Notes: generated by a model not told the origin, from the sequence alone. Positions 29,045 to 37,554 are shown, numbered from the stretch's first letter. The stretch: 42,889 nt of DNA from a virus (IMGVR_UViG_2703718853_000004); one strand, 5' to 3'. Numbers and translations: made by a program.

Positions 29045-29637
29045 CCCGCAAAGCTCAGCAGCTGACTGGCGGCGTTTTCAGCCTCAGACGGCGAGTGGAA
29101 CTTGCGACGCAGAATGTAGTTCCAAAGCACATTCAGCACTGATTTGTAGACGCCGTTAAACTGGCTGTCGTCCATGCTGGCGAAGGAGATCGACTTTGCG
29201 ACACGACGACGGCTGCCGTCAGGCATCTGGTATTCGTCATAAAAGCCAGCCTGAATGGTTGCCCACTCGCGGAAGGATTCGAAGTGTTTCAGCAGCGCCA
29301 TATCGCGGGAACGGGATATACCGACCGAGGAGAGATACATCTCCGCGGCGTTCTGGAGTGCAGCGCGCTGATCGAGGTCGGATGAGAGAAAGTCGATAAA
29401 ACCGGATATGAGGGTACGCTCCGCGGGCTCAATGAGACCACCGGAAGGCGTCCAGTAGTGATACCCGAGAGTCAGAAGTTTGAAGAACTTCTTGTGGAAT
29501 GCGTAATTCCTGGGCTTGCGGAACTCACCGCAAAGCAGTTGCCCTACGGGGATAAGTTGCAGGTATTCGCTGGTTCCCGGCTCTGCGGGAATCAGTACGT
29601 TTTGATAACTTTTCTCAAATTGCAGTGTTTGCGCCAT
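29041..29637 (-). CDS. Hypothetical Nin-region protein (DUF1367-like, 198 aa)
   Basis: Position in Nin region between replication genes and rusA. Confidence 0.45.
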   Translation of the reverse strand: MAQTLQFEKSYQNVLIPAEPGTSEYLQLIPVGQLLCGEFRKPRNYAFHKKFFKLLTLGYHYWTPSGGLIEPAERTLISGFIDFLSSDLDQRAALQNAAEMYLSSVGISRSRDMALLKHFESFREWATIQAGFYDEYQMPDGSRRRVAKSISFASMDDSQFNGVYKSVLNVLWNYILRRKFHSPSEAENAASQLLSFAG

Positions 29638-29743
29638 GTGTCCCCACTTGGCGCCGGGGTAAAGTTGTCAGTTGTCCAGACTGACTAAGTAATTATCGCC
29701 CCTCCCGGGGATAAAAGCAAAATGAGCATAGGCGAGGAAATCG

Positions 29744-30007
29744 CTATTTCTTGGCGTTCTGCTCAGCCATTTCCAGATAGCGCGGATCGGATGCGCGGGG
29801 AAGCTGGATGCTCTGCTCGCGGTAGTAGCGGACGCGCTCCATGAAGTAGTCCCGCAGGTGTTCAGGCTGTTGTCTGGCCACCACTTCGGCGACAACCGGC
29901 ATGTTCAGGCGTTCTTTGTAAGCGACGCCGGACGCGGCGAGGTCAACGTTGACTTTGTCCTGCTCGTCTTTCGATTTGGCTGCTATGTTCCAGGATGATG
30001 TTGTCAA
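29744..30007 (-). CDS. Hypothetical protein (87 aa)
   Basis: ORF coupled to the next gene. Confidence 0.4.
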   Translation of the reverse strand: MTTSSWNIAAKSKDEQDKVNVDLAASGVAYKERLNMPVVAEVVARQQPEHLRDYFMERVRYYREQSIQLPRASDPRYLEMAEQNAKK

Positions 30008-30186
30008 TCTGCTGTCCTCCCTCTTTTCTTGCGCGTTTCATAGGGCGATCTGTAGGTGTCAACGGAAAGCACTTCTTTCTCGCCAAATCGCTTGGCGTTA
30101 GCGATATCCAGTTGAAGCCAGATTTTTTTATACCGCTTCCGCGAAGCTTTGAGCTTTTCGGCAGGTGTCATTTTTTTGTTTGTCAT
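30004..30186 (-). CDS. Hypothetical basic protein (60 aa)
   Basis: Lys/Arg-rich ORF overlapping the downstream gene by 4 nt. Confidence 0.35.
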   Translation of the reverse strand: MTNKKMTPAEKLKASRKRYKKIWLQLDIANAKRFGEKEVLSVDTYRSPYETRKKRGRTAD

Positions 30187-30222
30187 AAAAATCCCCTCTG
30201 CTGTGGAGGGGATTATACATTA

Positions 30223-30426
30223 TTATTTCTGAGCTTTTTTTACCCGGATTATTGATGGGACACAGGTATTGCCAATGATAGGACCGCCTACTGTCATCAC
30301 CGTGTAGTCATCTTTCACGCCATCGAGCGTTAATGACAGCAAATCACCCGCCCTGACATCCGCGCTAAGTTCAATATCTTCCTTCCGCTCTGTCTCATTG
30401 AACGTCACTGTATACAGCATTTTCAC
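30223..30426 (-). CDS. Hypothetical protein (67 aa)
   Basis: ORF with AGGTGG SD upstream. Confidence 0.35.
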   Translation of the reverse strand: MKMLYTVTFNETERKEDIELSADVRAGDLLSLTLDGVKDDYTVMTVGGPIIGNTCVPSIIRVKKAQK

Positions 30427-30618
30427 GCCACCTAAGCAAATGAAGAATAGGTAAACACATTACCACGCCCTCACTTCCAGCCAAACAGATCTTTGCCTCC
30501 TGCGCGGCTTTGCGTTCGGCGGGGGATTTAGCCACGAATCGCACTCCACGCCAGATTGATTAATGACTCCCAGGCAATATAAACCCGGATATTCGCTCTC
30601 TGGTTATGGTTGATTTGG

Positions 30619-30816
30619 TCATTGGTTGGCTCCGTTCGCTCGCTTGGGGTCGAAAACTTTTGAGTACCCATAAGAGTGGGGTTCAATTTTGTAGCACTCA
30701 TCACCTTCTGGATGGCGCTCGCATTCACGCATGAACAGGAATACAGAATTTTCCGGCATAATCACTACCTCACCGGCACGCAGCTTTGCTCGAATTTCTG
30801 TTACGGTAGCCATCAC
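30619..30816 (-). CDS. Hypothetical protein (65 aa)
   Basis: ATGA-coupled to the upstream coiled-coil protein gene. Confidence 0.35.
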   Translation of the reverse strand: MMATVTEIRAKLRAGEVVIMPENSVFLFMRECERHPEGDECYKIEPHSYGYSKVFDPKRANGANQ

Positions 30817-31196
30817 TCATCCTCCACCTTGATGCCAGCGTCGGGGCTATAAGCGGCCATGCTCTGCTCATAACCTTTTTGGTCATCTGTCTGTCCGAGA
30901 CTAAACCCGTGTTGCAATCCGCTACGGAATGCACTGTCCTGCAGTTTGTCAGCAGACTCTAGGTGGGACTCCAGCTCGGCGATATGGTCTGCATTTTCAG
31001 CGCGCTCAACAGCCCATCGCTGAGTAAGCGAATCAAGCTCGCAGTTTTTTCTATCCAGTTCGGCGATGCGCTTCTGCGCCTTCTCCAGCGCCTCTACCAG
31101 CGCGAGGGCTTCCCACTCTTTCAGCACTACAGTGTCAAAGTTTTCGGTCTGTTTTTTGATTTTGGCAATCAGCGCCAGTTCGGTGATATCAGTCAT
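30813..31196 (-). CDS. Hypothetical coiled-coil protein (127 aa)
   Basis: Helical, Glu/Leu/Ala-rich sequence; coupled on both sides. Confidence 0.45.
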   Translation of the reverse strand: MTDITELALIAKIKKQTENFDTVVLKEWEALALVEALEKAQKRIAELDRKNCELDSLTQRWAVERAENADHIAELESHLESADKLQDSAFRSGLQHGFSLGQTDDQKGYEQSMAAYSPDAGIKVEDE

Positions 31197-31306
31197 GCTG
31201 CATCCTCACATTCGTGACTTTCCGGATCGTCGGCTTTGTAATAACCGCCGCACAAATTGCAGCGGACTTCTGCCACATCGTCATAGTTAGCAGTCCCGGT
31301 AATCAT
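31193..31306 (-). CDS. Small Cys-containing protein (37 aa), zinc-ribbon-like
   Basis: MITGTANYDDVAEVRCNLCGGYYKADDPESHECEDAA; ATGA overlaps with both neighbours; below ORF-track cutoff. Confidence 0.3.
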   Translation of the reverse strand: MITGTANYDDVAEVRCNLCGGYYKADDPESHECEDAA

Positions 31307-31563
31307 TTGTCGGCCTCCTCGCTGCGGAACATCATGATTGTCAGGTCGCCTTTAGTAGCCAGGCGAACGGTAGAGCCAGGTTCCAGGCTGTTAAGCTCAA
31401 AGGCGTCATAAAACTCATTCACAGCTTTCTGGCGGCGAGATTCCTTACGACGCTTGTCCCACTGCCTCAGAGCATTTTTGGTAATCCACTGGCCTGTTTT
31501 AACCATGATGTATGCCCATCCCAGAATGGCTAAACCGGTATTGAGATAAGTAGCGAGGCTCAT
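31303..31563 (-). CDS. Small membrane protein (86 aa)
   Basis: One N-terminal hydrophobic segment then a basic region; coupled to neighbours. Confidence 0.4.
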   Translation of the reverse strand: MSLATYLNTGLAILGWAYIMVKTGQWITKNALRQWDKRRKESRRQKAVNEFYDAFELNSLEPGSTVRLATKGDLTIMMFRSEEADK

Positions 31564-32129
31564 TTGTCTGCCCCCTCGCGCAGCTGCTTGGCGAAGTCGT
31601 CAGCAGCAAGTGCAACCCCTTTTGCTAAAGCGTCAAAAAAATGGTCATCACCAGGAATTCGAAGTTTTGCCGCGAACTCCTCCACCCCATCAGCCTTAAT
31701 CCCGGCCAGGTAGGCGTCGGTGACGGGGGTTTCTACCGAGTCAACCAACCGGTAATTGCATGTTTGATAGGTGTGCCGGCTATCGGAGGTATGCAGCCCT
31801 TGAGCATCGAAGCCTTGAGCCTGTTGAATCACGATACCCCATGACACGCGCTGAACATCTTCGCTCCAGCCGTCGTCTGCGTCCTCACGGTATGCGTCAA
31901 TCTCAGCCTGCGCTGTGTCGATAGCGCTCTGCTTGTCTTTGAAATAATCAAAACCGTATTCAGGCGAGTAAGCGAAGTAAGTTACGCCAGCCTTCAGCGC
32001 CACATTCTCCGCAGCCAGCTGCTGGTACGCTTTCGCCAGCTTCAGGAACTTCTGCTCTTTGATCGAAAGCTCGCCAGCGCTCTCCAGAGCGGCGATGAGC
32101 TCGTTTACTGCCTGTAATGTGATAGTCAT
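31560..32129 (-). CDS. Hypothetical protein (189 aa)
   Basis: Start at MTITLQAVNELIAALE, ATGA-coupled to the upstream gene. Confidence 0.45.
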   Translation of the reverse strand: MTITLQAVNELIAALESAGELSIKEQKFLKLAKAYQQLAAENVALKAGVTYFAYSPEYGFDYFKDKQSAIDTAQAEIDAYREDADDGWSEDVQRVSWGIVIQQAQGFDAQGLHTSDSRHTYQTCNYRLVDSVETPVTDAYLAGIKADGVEEFAAKLRIPGDDHFFDALAKGVALAADDFAKQLREGADK

Positions 32130-32419
32130 GCTGATGTTCTCCCGTAAACAGCCAGTACCCGCTTCATCGCCGGGCTTTGCCGACACTCGTTGAAAATCTG
32201 GTTAGTACTCTTTCTGCCTGCAATCTCTTCTTCGGTGGCCAACCGGTAGTAAACCGTCCGCCACACCCGAGCTTCAGCTACCAGCAACCCCTGCTTTGCC
32301 AGGATATTTGCAGCCTGGTTGATGCAGGTATGCGTCATCCCGGAAGCCGCAGCCACATCTGGAGAGCTGCAGGTTTTATGCGTTTTCAGGTAGTTCAGAA
32401 TTGCGTCTTTTCCTGTCAT
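32126..32419 (-). CDS. Putative DNA-binding protein (97 aa)
   Basis: Small ORF directly downstream of the DnaC-like gene; possible winged-helix-like region. Confidence 0.4.
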   Translation of the reverse strand: MTGKDAILNYLKTHKTCSSPDVAAASGMTHTCINQAANILAKQGLLVAEARVWRTVYYRLATEEEIAGRKSTNQIFNECRQSPAMKRVLAVYGRTSA

Positions 32420-33264
32420 GACCGGTTCTCCCGATAGCTGTCCCAGGTAAACGAAATCGTGCAGCCGCCGCCGTCGTTCATGCGGTCGATGACGCGCTCG
32501 CCGATAAACTGCGTCAGCTCATCCTTCGGCAGGTTGCTGATCAGGATCGTCGGCTTCAGGCGCTCGTAGCGGGTGTTGATGATTTCAAACATGATCATCT
32601 TCTCGGCTTCGCTACCAAACTGAATGCCTACCTCGTCGATAATCAGCAGGTCCGGCTTGGTGAAGAAGCGGATCACATCTTCCTCGGAGCGGGTCGCCGT
32701 CTTTGACCAGGTGGATTTAAACTCTCGGGCGATTTTCAGCGCAGTGGTGAACACGACCGGGCTCTGGTGCTCTGCGATAACGCTTTTCGCAATTGCATAG
32801 GCCAGGTGGTTTTTCCCCGTGCCGGGTTTTCCGCACATAACCAGGCCGCCACCGTTCTTCCGGCGATCTGGCCAGCGGCTGGCGTACGCTCGGCAGACTT
32901 TCAGCGCCCGCGCCGCTTCTTCGCTTACCGGATGGTAGTTATCCAGAGTGCAGGCTTCGAACCGGGCCGGGACCTTGAGCTCCAGCATCAGGCGCTCAAC
33001 ATTCGCAGTGCGATTTCTGTCATCCGATTTGGCCTTCTCGTTTCGCAGGAAAACGAGCTCATCTTTCAGGCATCCAGGGCAGCTTGTCGGCGCCCCTGGC
33101 AGACGGACAAGGCCAGTTGATACGCGCTGGCGTTGCTCATAGTCGCCGTGCTTTTCGCAGACCACTAACTGCTTAATGACTTCAGTGTTTGGGATGTCCA
33201 GTGCTGGCTGTGAAAGCTCCTGCAGCTGTTTTTCAACCAGGGTGATTCGTTCGTCCAGGTTCAT
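32416..33264 (-). CDS. DnaC-like replicative helicase loader (AAA+ ATPase)
   Basis: Walker A CGKPGTGKNHLAYAIA and Walker B LLIIDEVG; follows the O-like initiator gene. Confidence 0.75.
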   Translation of the reverse strand: MNLDERITLVEKQLQELSQPALDIPNTEVIKQLVVCEKHGDYEQRQRVSTGLVRLPGAPTSCPGCLKDELVFLRNEKAKSDDRNRTANVERLMLELKVPARFEACTLDNYHPVSEEAARALKVCRAYASRWPDRRKNGGGLVMCGKPGTGKNHLAYAIAKSVIAEHQSPVVFTTALKIAREFKSTWSKTATRSEEDVIRFFTKPDLLIIDEVGIQFGSEAEKMIMFEIINTRYERLKPTILISNLPKDELTQFIGERVIDRMNDGGGCTISFTWDSYRENRS

Positions 33265-34121
33265 TGTTGATCCCTCATCCAGTCCGGAAGTTCGGTTTTT
33301 CCGTAGTCTTTGTCAGCGAATCGCTCGGTGACACGTGACTCCTGTCGGCGTTGCGGTCTGGCGCCTTTTGGCTCAAATAGGCCCTGCCAGCCATTCGCGA
33401 TGCTCTGGTTAATAATTTCTTCAGGGGAGTAACCGTTCAGCCGGCAGCGGTCCAGCAGGTTGATAGCCTGGGTGACCGTCTGCTGAGACTTGATCGGCTT
33501 TTTCAGGTCGCGACGATATGCCACCCATGACGACCAGATTTCTGCAGAAAGCCAGTCAGGCAACTGAACAGCTAACGCATCGAACGAAACCGCCCGGGGG
33601 GATTTAGGGGGGTTATTAATATTGTCTTTATTGTCTTTTGTATGTTTGTCTTTTGTGTTTACCTGATTCGGGTAATAGGCGTTACCTGATTCGGGTAAAC
33701 TTTTCTTACCTGATTCGGGTAATGTTACCTTTTTCAGGTAAGGTCTCTTTTCTGTACCTTTTACGGGTAAAGATGACCATTCGCTGACCGTTTTATTAAT
33801 CCCGATAACACGACCGGTTTGAGTTAATATCCCCCGCTTAACCAGGACGCTTTTTGCAGCTGAGCACTTATGCGGGAGAATGCCGGTCAGCTCCGAAAGC
33901 TGCTCGTTACTGACCCAGTCAGATTTCTTGTTGAAGCCGTATGTTTTGCGCATGACAGCCATGAACACCAAAAGCTGATGCTGCGACAAACCCGCACGCA
34001 TGACAGCTTCAAGGAGCTCATTGGCGATGCGCGTAAACCCATCGTCGAGATCTGCCACGCGCAGCTCCTGTAGTGCCACGACAGGCACAGGGAAATTGAT
34101 TACCTCGGCAGTATTTGCCAT
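33261..34121 (-). CDS. Replication initiator (lambda O-like replisome organizer)
   Basis: 286 aa; contains the iteron array within its coding sequence; directly upstream of the helicase loader. Confidence 0.65.
   Translation of the reverse strand: MANTAEVINFPVPVVALQELRVADLDDGFTRIANELLEAVMRAGLSQHQLLVFMAVMRKTYGFNKKSDWVSNEQLSELTGILPHKCSAAKSVLVKRGILTQTGRVIGINKTVSEWSSLPVKGTEKRPYLKKVTLPESGKKSLPESGNAYYPNQVNTKDKHTKDNKDNINNPPKSPRAVSFDALAVQLPDWLSAEIWSSWVAYRRDLKKPIKSQQTVTQAINLLDRCRLNGYSPEEIINQSIANGWQGLFEPKGARPQRRQESRVTERFADKDYGKTELPDWMRDQQ
33659..33770. repeat. Iteron array (candidate replication origin) inside the O-like gene
   Basis: TTACCTGATTCGGGTAA at 33659, 33682 and 33706, degenerate copies at 33725 and 33755; AT-rich TTGTCTTTT repeats just before. 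Confidence 0.6.
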
Positions 34122-34206
34122 AATTACTCCTGTGAATTTGTTCAGTTAATTCGCTTAGAAAGCCGTTAGTGTTCCCGCACTGCGGCTTTCGCCCTTCTGT
34201 TTCCAC

Positions 34207-34428
34207 TCATGCTTCAAAGTCACCTTTCTCTCCCGGCCTGTTAGAAATCAGGATGGCCAGCAGTAGCGACATGTTCGGCAGCAGACTTTCCCGCCAGCGA
34301 CTCACCGTCGACTTATTCACTCCGGCCACTTTGGCGATATTCGTGGTTCCCAGTTCAGCTATCTGGCTGTGTAACCAGCTTTCTATCCTGCGAGCCTCCA
34401 CTTTGTTGCGTGTCGTTGAACTCTCCAT
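34207..34428 (-). CDS. cII: Transcriptional activator CII
   Basis: RRIESWLHSQIAELGTTNIAKVAGVNKSTVSRWRESLLPNMSLLLAIL parallels lambda CII; located between the cro-like and O-like genes. Confidence 0.7.
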   Translation of the reverse strand: MESSTTRNKVEARRIESWLHSQIAELGTTNIAKVAGVNKSTVSRWRESLLPNMSLLLAILISNRPGEKGDFEA

Positions 34429-34467
34429 CTGTGATACTTCCTCTGGTGTTGATTGAAAGGCCGCCGG

Positions 34468-34698
<231 letters not shown>

Positions 34699-34711
34699 CT
34701 AAACAGTTTTA

Positions 34712-34785
34712 ATATACATATTGTATTCTTTTCTTGCAAGGTAAATATACAAATTGTGACTCGAAGAAAGATATACAACTTGTAT
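34712..34785. promoter_or_regulatory. OR-like operator region with three TATACA-NN-TTGTAT palindromes between the cro-like gene and cI
   Basis: ATATACAtaTTGTAT (34712..34726), ATATACAaaTTGT (34745..34757), ATATACAacTTGTAT (34771..34785). Confidence 0.55.
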
Positions 34786-34794
34786 CATTTGGGT

Positions 34795-35454
34795 ATGAGC
34801 ATGAAATGGTATGACCTAGCAAAGTCCCTCATGAAAACGAAGGGCATAAACCAGGAAGAGCTGGCAGAGCATCTCGGGATCACCAAAGGTGCCGTTAGTC
34901 ATTGGCTAAACGCAAGGAGAGAGCCCAGCCTGGAGGACATAGCTAAAATTCTTCGCTTCCTCGGCAAGAATAATTTTTCTGTGGGTGCTGGCGGCATGAT
35001 AATTGATGAAAACATCAAGGGTGATGTTGAGTACGTTGGGCCCTATAAGCGCGGCAACGAATATCCAGTGCTTAGTAGTGTTCAGGCTGGATCGTGGCGA
35101 GAGGCTATAGAACCTTATTCCATCAAAGATGTTGATCTGTGGCTTGAGTCGAATGCACATATCCAAGGGGAAGCGTTCTGGCTGCTTGTTGAAGGCGATT
35201 CCATGACGTCACCAGTCGGGCTAAGCATTCCAGAGGGTACCTACGTTTTGTTTGATACCGGCCGAGAGCCAGTAAATGGCAGCCTTGTGATCGCAAAGCT
35301 ATCCGAATCAAACGAAGCGACATTCAAAAAGCTGATTATTGATGGGGGCCAAAAGTACCTGAAGGGCTTAAACCCTCAATGGCCATTGGTTCCCATCAAC
35401 GGAAACTGTCGAATCATTGGTGTGGCCGTAGAAACTAAGTTAAGGCTTGTGTGA
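34795..35454 (+). CDS. cI: CI-type prophage repressor (N-terminal HTH, C-terminal LexA-like S24 peptidase domain)
   Basis: HTH (EELAEHLGITKGAVSHWLN); C-terminal LVEGDSMTSP and a downstream Lys consistent with a Ser-Lys autocleavage dyad. Start at ATG 34795 (or 34801), not the ORF-track GTG that overlaps the third operator. Confidence 0.75.
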   Translation: MSMKWYDLAKSLMKTKGINQEELAEHLGITKGAVSHWLNARREPSLEDIAKILRFLGKNNFSVGAGGMIIDENIKGDVEYVGPYKRGNEYPVLSSVQAGSWREAIEPYSIKDVDLWLESNAHIQGEAFWLLVEGDSMTSPVGLSIPEGTYVLFDTGREPVNGSLVIAKLSESNEATFKKLIIDGGQKYLKGLNPQWPLVPINGNCRIIGVAVETKLRLV

Positions 35455-35462
35455 TCGGCAGC

Positions 35463-35491
35463 ATGCCGCAGACGTACAGGAAGCATGGGTA
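35463..35491. repeat. 29-bp direct repeat, left copy
   Basis: ATGCCGCAGACGTACAGGAAGCATGGGTA matches 35665..35693 with one mismatch. Confidence 0.5.
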
Positions 35492-35514
35492 AAGCTTTAG
35501 CACGCAGAGGAAGC

Positions 35515-35634
35515 ATGTCTGATCTGATTATCCCAATACTCATTACTTTACTGATTATCGGACTGGTTGGGATAGTGCTCAGGCTGGATAAGATTTTCTT
35601 CAAGCGAAGGGATGAGCGGGATGACTTTGAGTGA
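35515..35634 (+). CDS. Small hydrophobic peptide (39 aa; 49 aa if started at 35485)
   Basis: MSDLIIPILITLLIIGLVGIVLRLDKIFFKRRDERDDFE: one TM helix plus charged tail; AGGAAG SD before the ATG; flanked by the 29-bp direct repeats. Confidence 0.35.
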   Translation: MSDLIIPILITLLIIGLVGIVLRLDKIFFKRRDERDDFE

Positions 35635-35664
35635 GCCAGACCGGTAGTTCGATGTGTTTTTGGT

Positions 35665-35693
35665 AATGCCGAAGACGTACAGGAAGCATGGGT
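35665..35693. repeat. 29-bp direct repeat, right copy
   Basis: ATGCCGAAGACGTACAGGAAGCATGGGTA. Confidence 0.5.
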
Positions 35694-35853
35694 AGCCATC
35701 AGCCTATCGAAGCGATTAAGTAATTTTTATGACCACTATCTTTCAAAGGTTGATGCTTAGTGTATGATGAGTTTAAAGCCGTATATGCTTAATTACGTGT
35801 CAGCATATTTTTGTAAGATCCGGTCAGATTGTTCCTTTTTTGAGCAACTCTGG

Positions 35854-35882
35854 TTGAAAACCTCTTTGAGGGATCCTATATA
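35854..35882 (+). promoter_or_regulatory. Sigma70-like promoter for the immunity-region moron
   Basis: TTGAAA, 17-nt spacer, TATATA, followed by AAGGAG SD and a GTG start. Confidence 0.45.
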
Positions 35883-35895
35883 AGGAGTATAGTTA

Positions 35896-36261
35896 GTGAC
35901 CCGAAACCCTGGAGATGAATCCGTTGAAGTTTTGCATAAAAGAGCAGTAGCGCGGTTTAACTCTCTTACTTATGCAATCATCGGTGAAATCAGTTCTATG
36001 CTCAGCAAGGCCAAATTATTGCCAATTCCTGAGCTACAGTTGAACAACCCTACATTCGAAGAGGTTGTTTCACAGTTAAGACTTTATCGCGCCCTATCCG
36101 AAAAAGTCGCTGAGTTGTTAAAAATTGATAGGAAAGATGAACTAGCTGAGCTTGACGCGTACATCGAGCTCGCAGATGACTTGGCTCAAGCCATTGTAGC
36201 TGACAATCCTGAAGGGTTGTGCGCCGCCATAGCTGCTTTGGATGAGAAGCCATACGTATAA
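35896..36261 (+). CDS. Hypothetical helical protein (121 aa), moron gene 1
   Basis: GTG start 8 nt after AAGGAG; AT-rich; no recognisable motif. Confidence 0.45.
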   Translation: MTRNPGDESVEVLHKRAVARFNSLTYAIIGEISSMLSKAKLLPIPELQLNNPTFEEVVSQLRLYRALSEKVAELLKIDRKDELAELDAYIELADDLAQAIVADNPEGLCAAIAALDEKPYV

Positions 36262-36278
36262 CAAACGAGGAGCACACG

Positions 36279-36407
36279 ATGGAAAACCGTTACGACTTTG
36301 AGACCGTATTCGCACTGCTGAACGAAATGGAAGCATGCCTGAATAACGTTCGCCGACTGAATGCCCAGTTGGATGAAAGTCTGCGAGCTATTCCACTGGC
36401 AGCTTAA
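36279..36407 (+). CDS. Hypothetical small protein (42 aa), moron gene 2
   Basis: MENRYDFETVFALLNEMEACLNNVRRLNAQLDESLRAIPLAA; GAGGAG SD 6 nt upstream; followed by a terminator. Confidence 0.35.
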   Translation: MENRYDFETVFALLNEMEACLNNVRRLNAQLDESLRAIPLAA

Positions 36408-36438
36408 CATATCAGCAGCTATTAGAAATTCATCCAGA

Positions 36439-36467
36439 CCCGGCGCGGCCCCCGCGCCGGGTTTTTA
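36439..36467 (+). terminator. Rho-independent terminator ending the immunity-region moron
   Basis: CCCGGCGCGG-ccc-CCGCGCCGGG perfect GC stem followed by TTTTT. Confidence 0.7.
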
Positions 36468-36626
36468 CTGCCTTCCGATCCATATCGGACAGCACCCGAC
36501 CACCAACACAAGCAATTGATTATTTAGAAAATATCTACTTTTTATCTTCATTTGCCCACTATTTGAACATCGCCCCGATCCCCATGGTTAACGGCATCAC
36601 TGCTGGCTAGCTGTTGACTACCGGCC

Positions 36627-36830
36627 CTACTCTTCCCTCAGCATCAGCACGTCCAGTGCCAGCTCCACAGTCAGTTCTACCCTGTTTCCCTGCCACAGCA
36701 CCTGAATCATCTCTATCAGCGCCTCTCTTGATGGCTCGCGCTTCTCAACCAGCAGTTGCATAACCGCTATCCCGATAACCTGCGCTATCTGTGGGTGCAT
36801 CTCTGCGAAAAACTCATCCTCATTCGACAT
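36627..36830 (-). CDS. Hypothetical protein (67 aa) transcribed divergently from the OL-like region
   Basis: AGAGGG SD 9 nt upstream; plausible composition; convergent with the cI operon. Confidence 0.4.
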   Translation of the reverse strand: MSNEDEFFAEMHPQIAQVIGIAVMQLLVEKREPSREALIEMIQVLWQGNRVELTVELALDVLMLREE

Positions 36831-36928
36831 GGCGCTACCCTCTTTGGCGTTTTTTTGAGCTTACCAGCACGCTTTACAAAAATAAACCTCCATAAAATAC
36901 AAAATGTTATCTTGAGAAGCAAAAATAA

Positions 36929-36970
36929 GTATACGTATTGTATTGCAAGTAATGAATACGTTTTGTATAT
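36929..36970. promoter_or_regulatory. OL-like operator region
   Basis: GTATACGTATTGTAT and AATACGTTTTGTATAT resemble the OR half-site consensus; AT-rich intergenic region before the early-left operon. Confidence 0.45.
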
Positions 36971-37050
36971 TCACCTCATCCAAACAACACCGGCAACGCC
37001 GGGGTGAAGTCAAAACGTCCCGTTAGCCGCGATAAGGCAAAGGTGAAGAG

Positions 37051-37167
37051 ATGATCCGCGAAGAAGATAAAACTGAGTGGTTTAAGTTTCTGGCACACGC
37101 ATTCGCCATCGTCGTATGCGTACTGATAGCAAGCGCGTTCTGCCTGATGCCTGGTGGTTCAGCATGA
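37051..37167 (+). CDS. Small hydrophobic peptide (38 aa)
   Basis: MIREEDKTEWFKFLAHAFAIVVCVLIASAFCLMPGGSA; ATGA-coupled to the next peptide. Confidence 0.3.
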   Translation: MIREEDKTEWFKFLAHAFAIVVCVLIASAFCLMPGGSA

Positions 37168-37274
37168 GCAGAAATGGCATTCGTTCACTGATTTACTGCC
37201 TGCTGATCTGCGGCGTTATCTGGACAGCGTTGATTATCAAAATTCTGCACGTTACGGGGGTGTTCAATGGTTAG
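37164..37274 (+). CDS. Small hydrophobic peptide (36 aa)
   Basis: MSRNGIRSLIYCLLICGVIWTALIIKILHVTGVFNG; stop overlaps the next ATG. Confidence 0.3.
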   Translation: MSRNGIRSLIYCLLICGVIWTALIIKILHVTGVFNG

Positions 37275-37473
37275 TCATCATTACGGGACACAGACCGTTA
37301 ACCGCGGCGCCGTTCTCCCAGGGATGCTCGTTAAGCATCGGGAAAGCACCTGGACAGCATCAGCAAATAAACGCGGCCGCCTGTACCTGCATCGCGGGAT
37401 TGAGCGGACTTACACAACCGACTTGCTGGTTGAAGTTTATCTGAACGGGTTGGGACAAGGTCTCAGCCGGTAA
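37267..37473 (+). CDS. Hypothetical basic protein (68 aa)
   Basis: GGGGGTG SD upstream; coupled to the preceding peptide. Confidence 0.3.
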   Translation: MVSHHYGTQTVNRGAVLPGMLVKHRESTWTASANKRGRLYLHRGIERTYTTDLLVEVYLNGLGQGLSR

Positions 37474-37554
37474 TCGAAACGAAGAATTTAACTGAACTAT
37501 CAGGCGGCTTTCATCGCGCCGGGGATTCTTACAACCAAATTTCAGGAGCGAGAT

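Noticed and set aside
34756-34794. GTG start extending cI by 13 codons
   Set aside because: The extension overlaps the third operator palindrome; the ATG at 34795 gives a conventional repressor N-terminus.
37154-37444. 96-aa plus-strand ORF spanning the small-peptide region
   Set aside because: No SD and an odd Cys/Gln-rich translation; the three coupled smaller ORFs with start/stop overlaps explain the region better.
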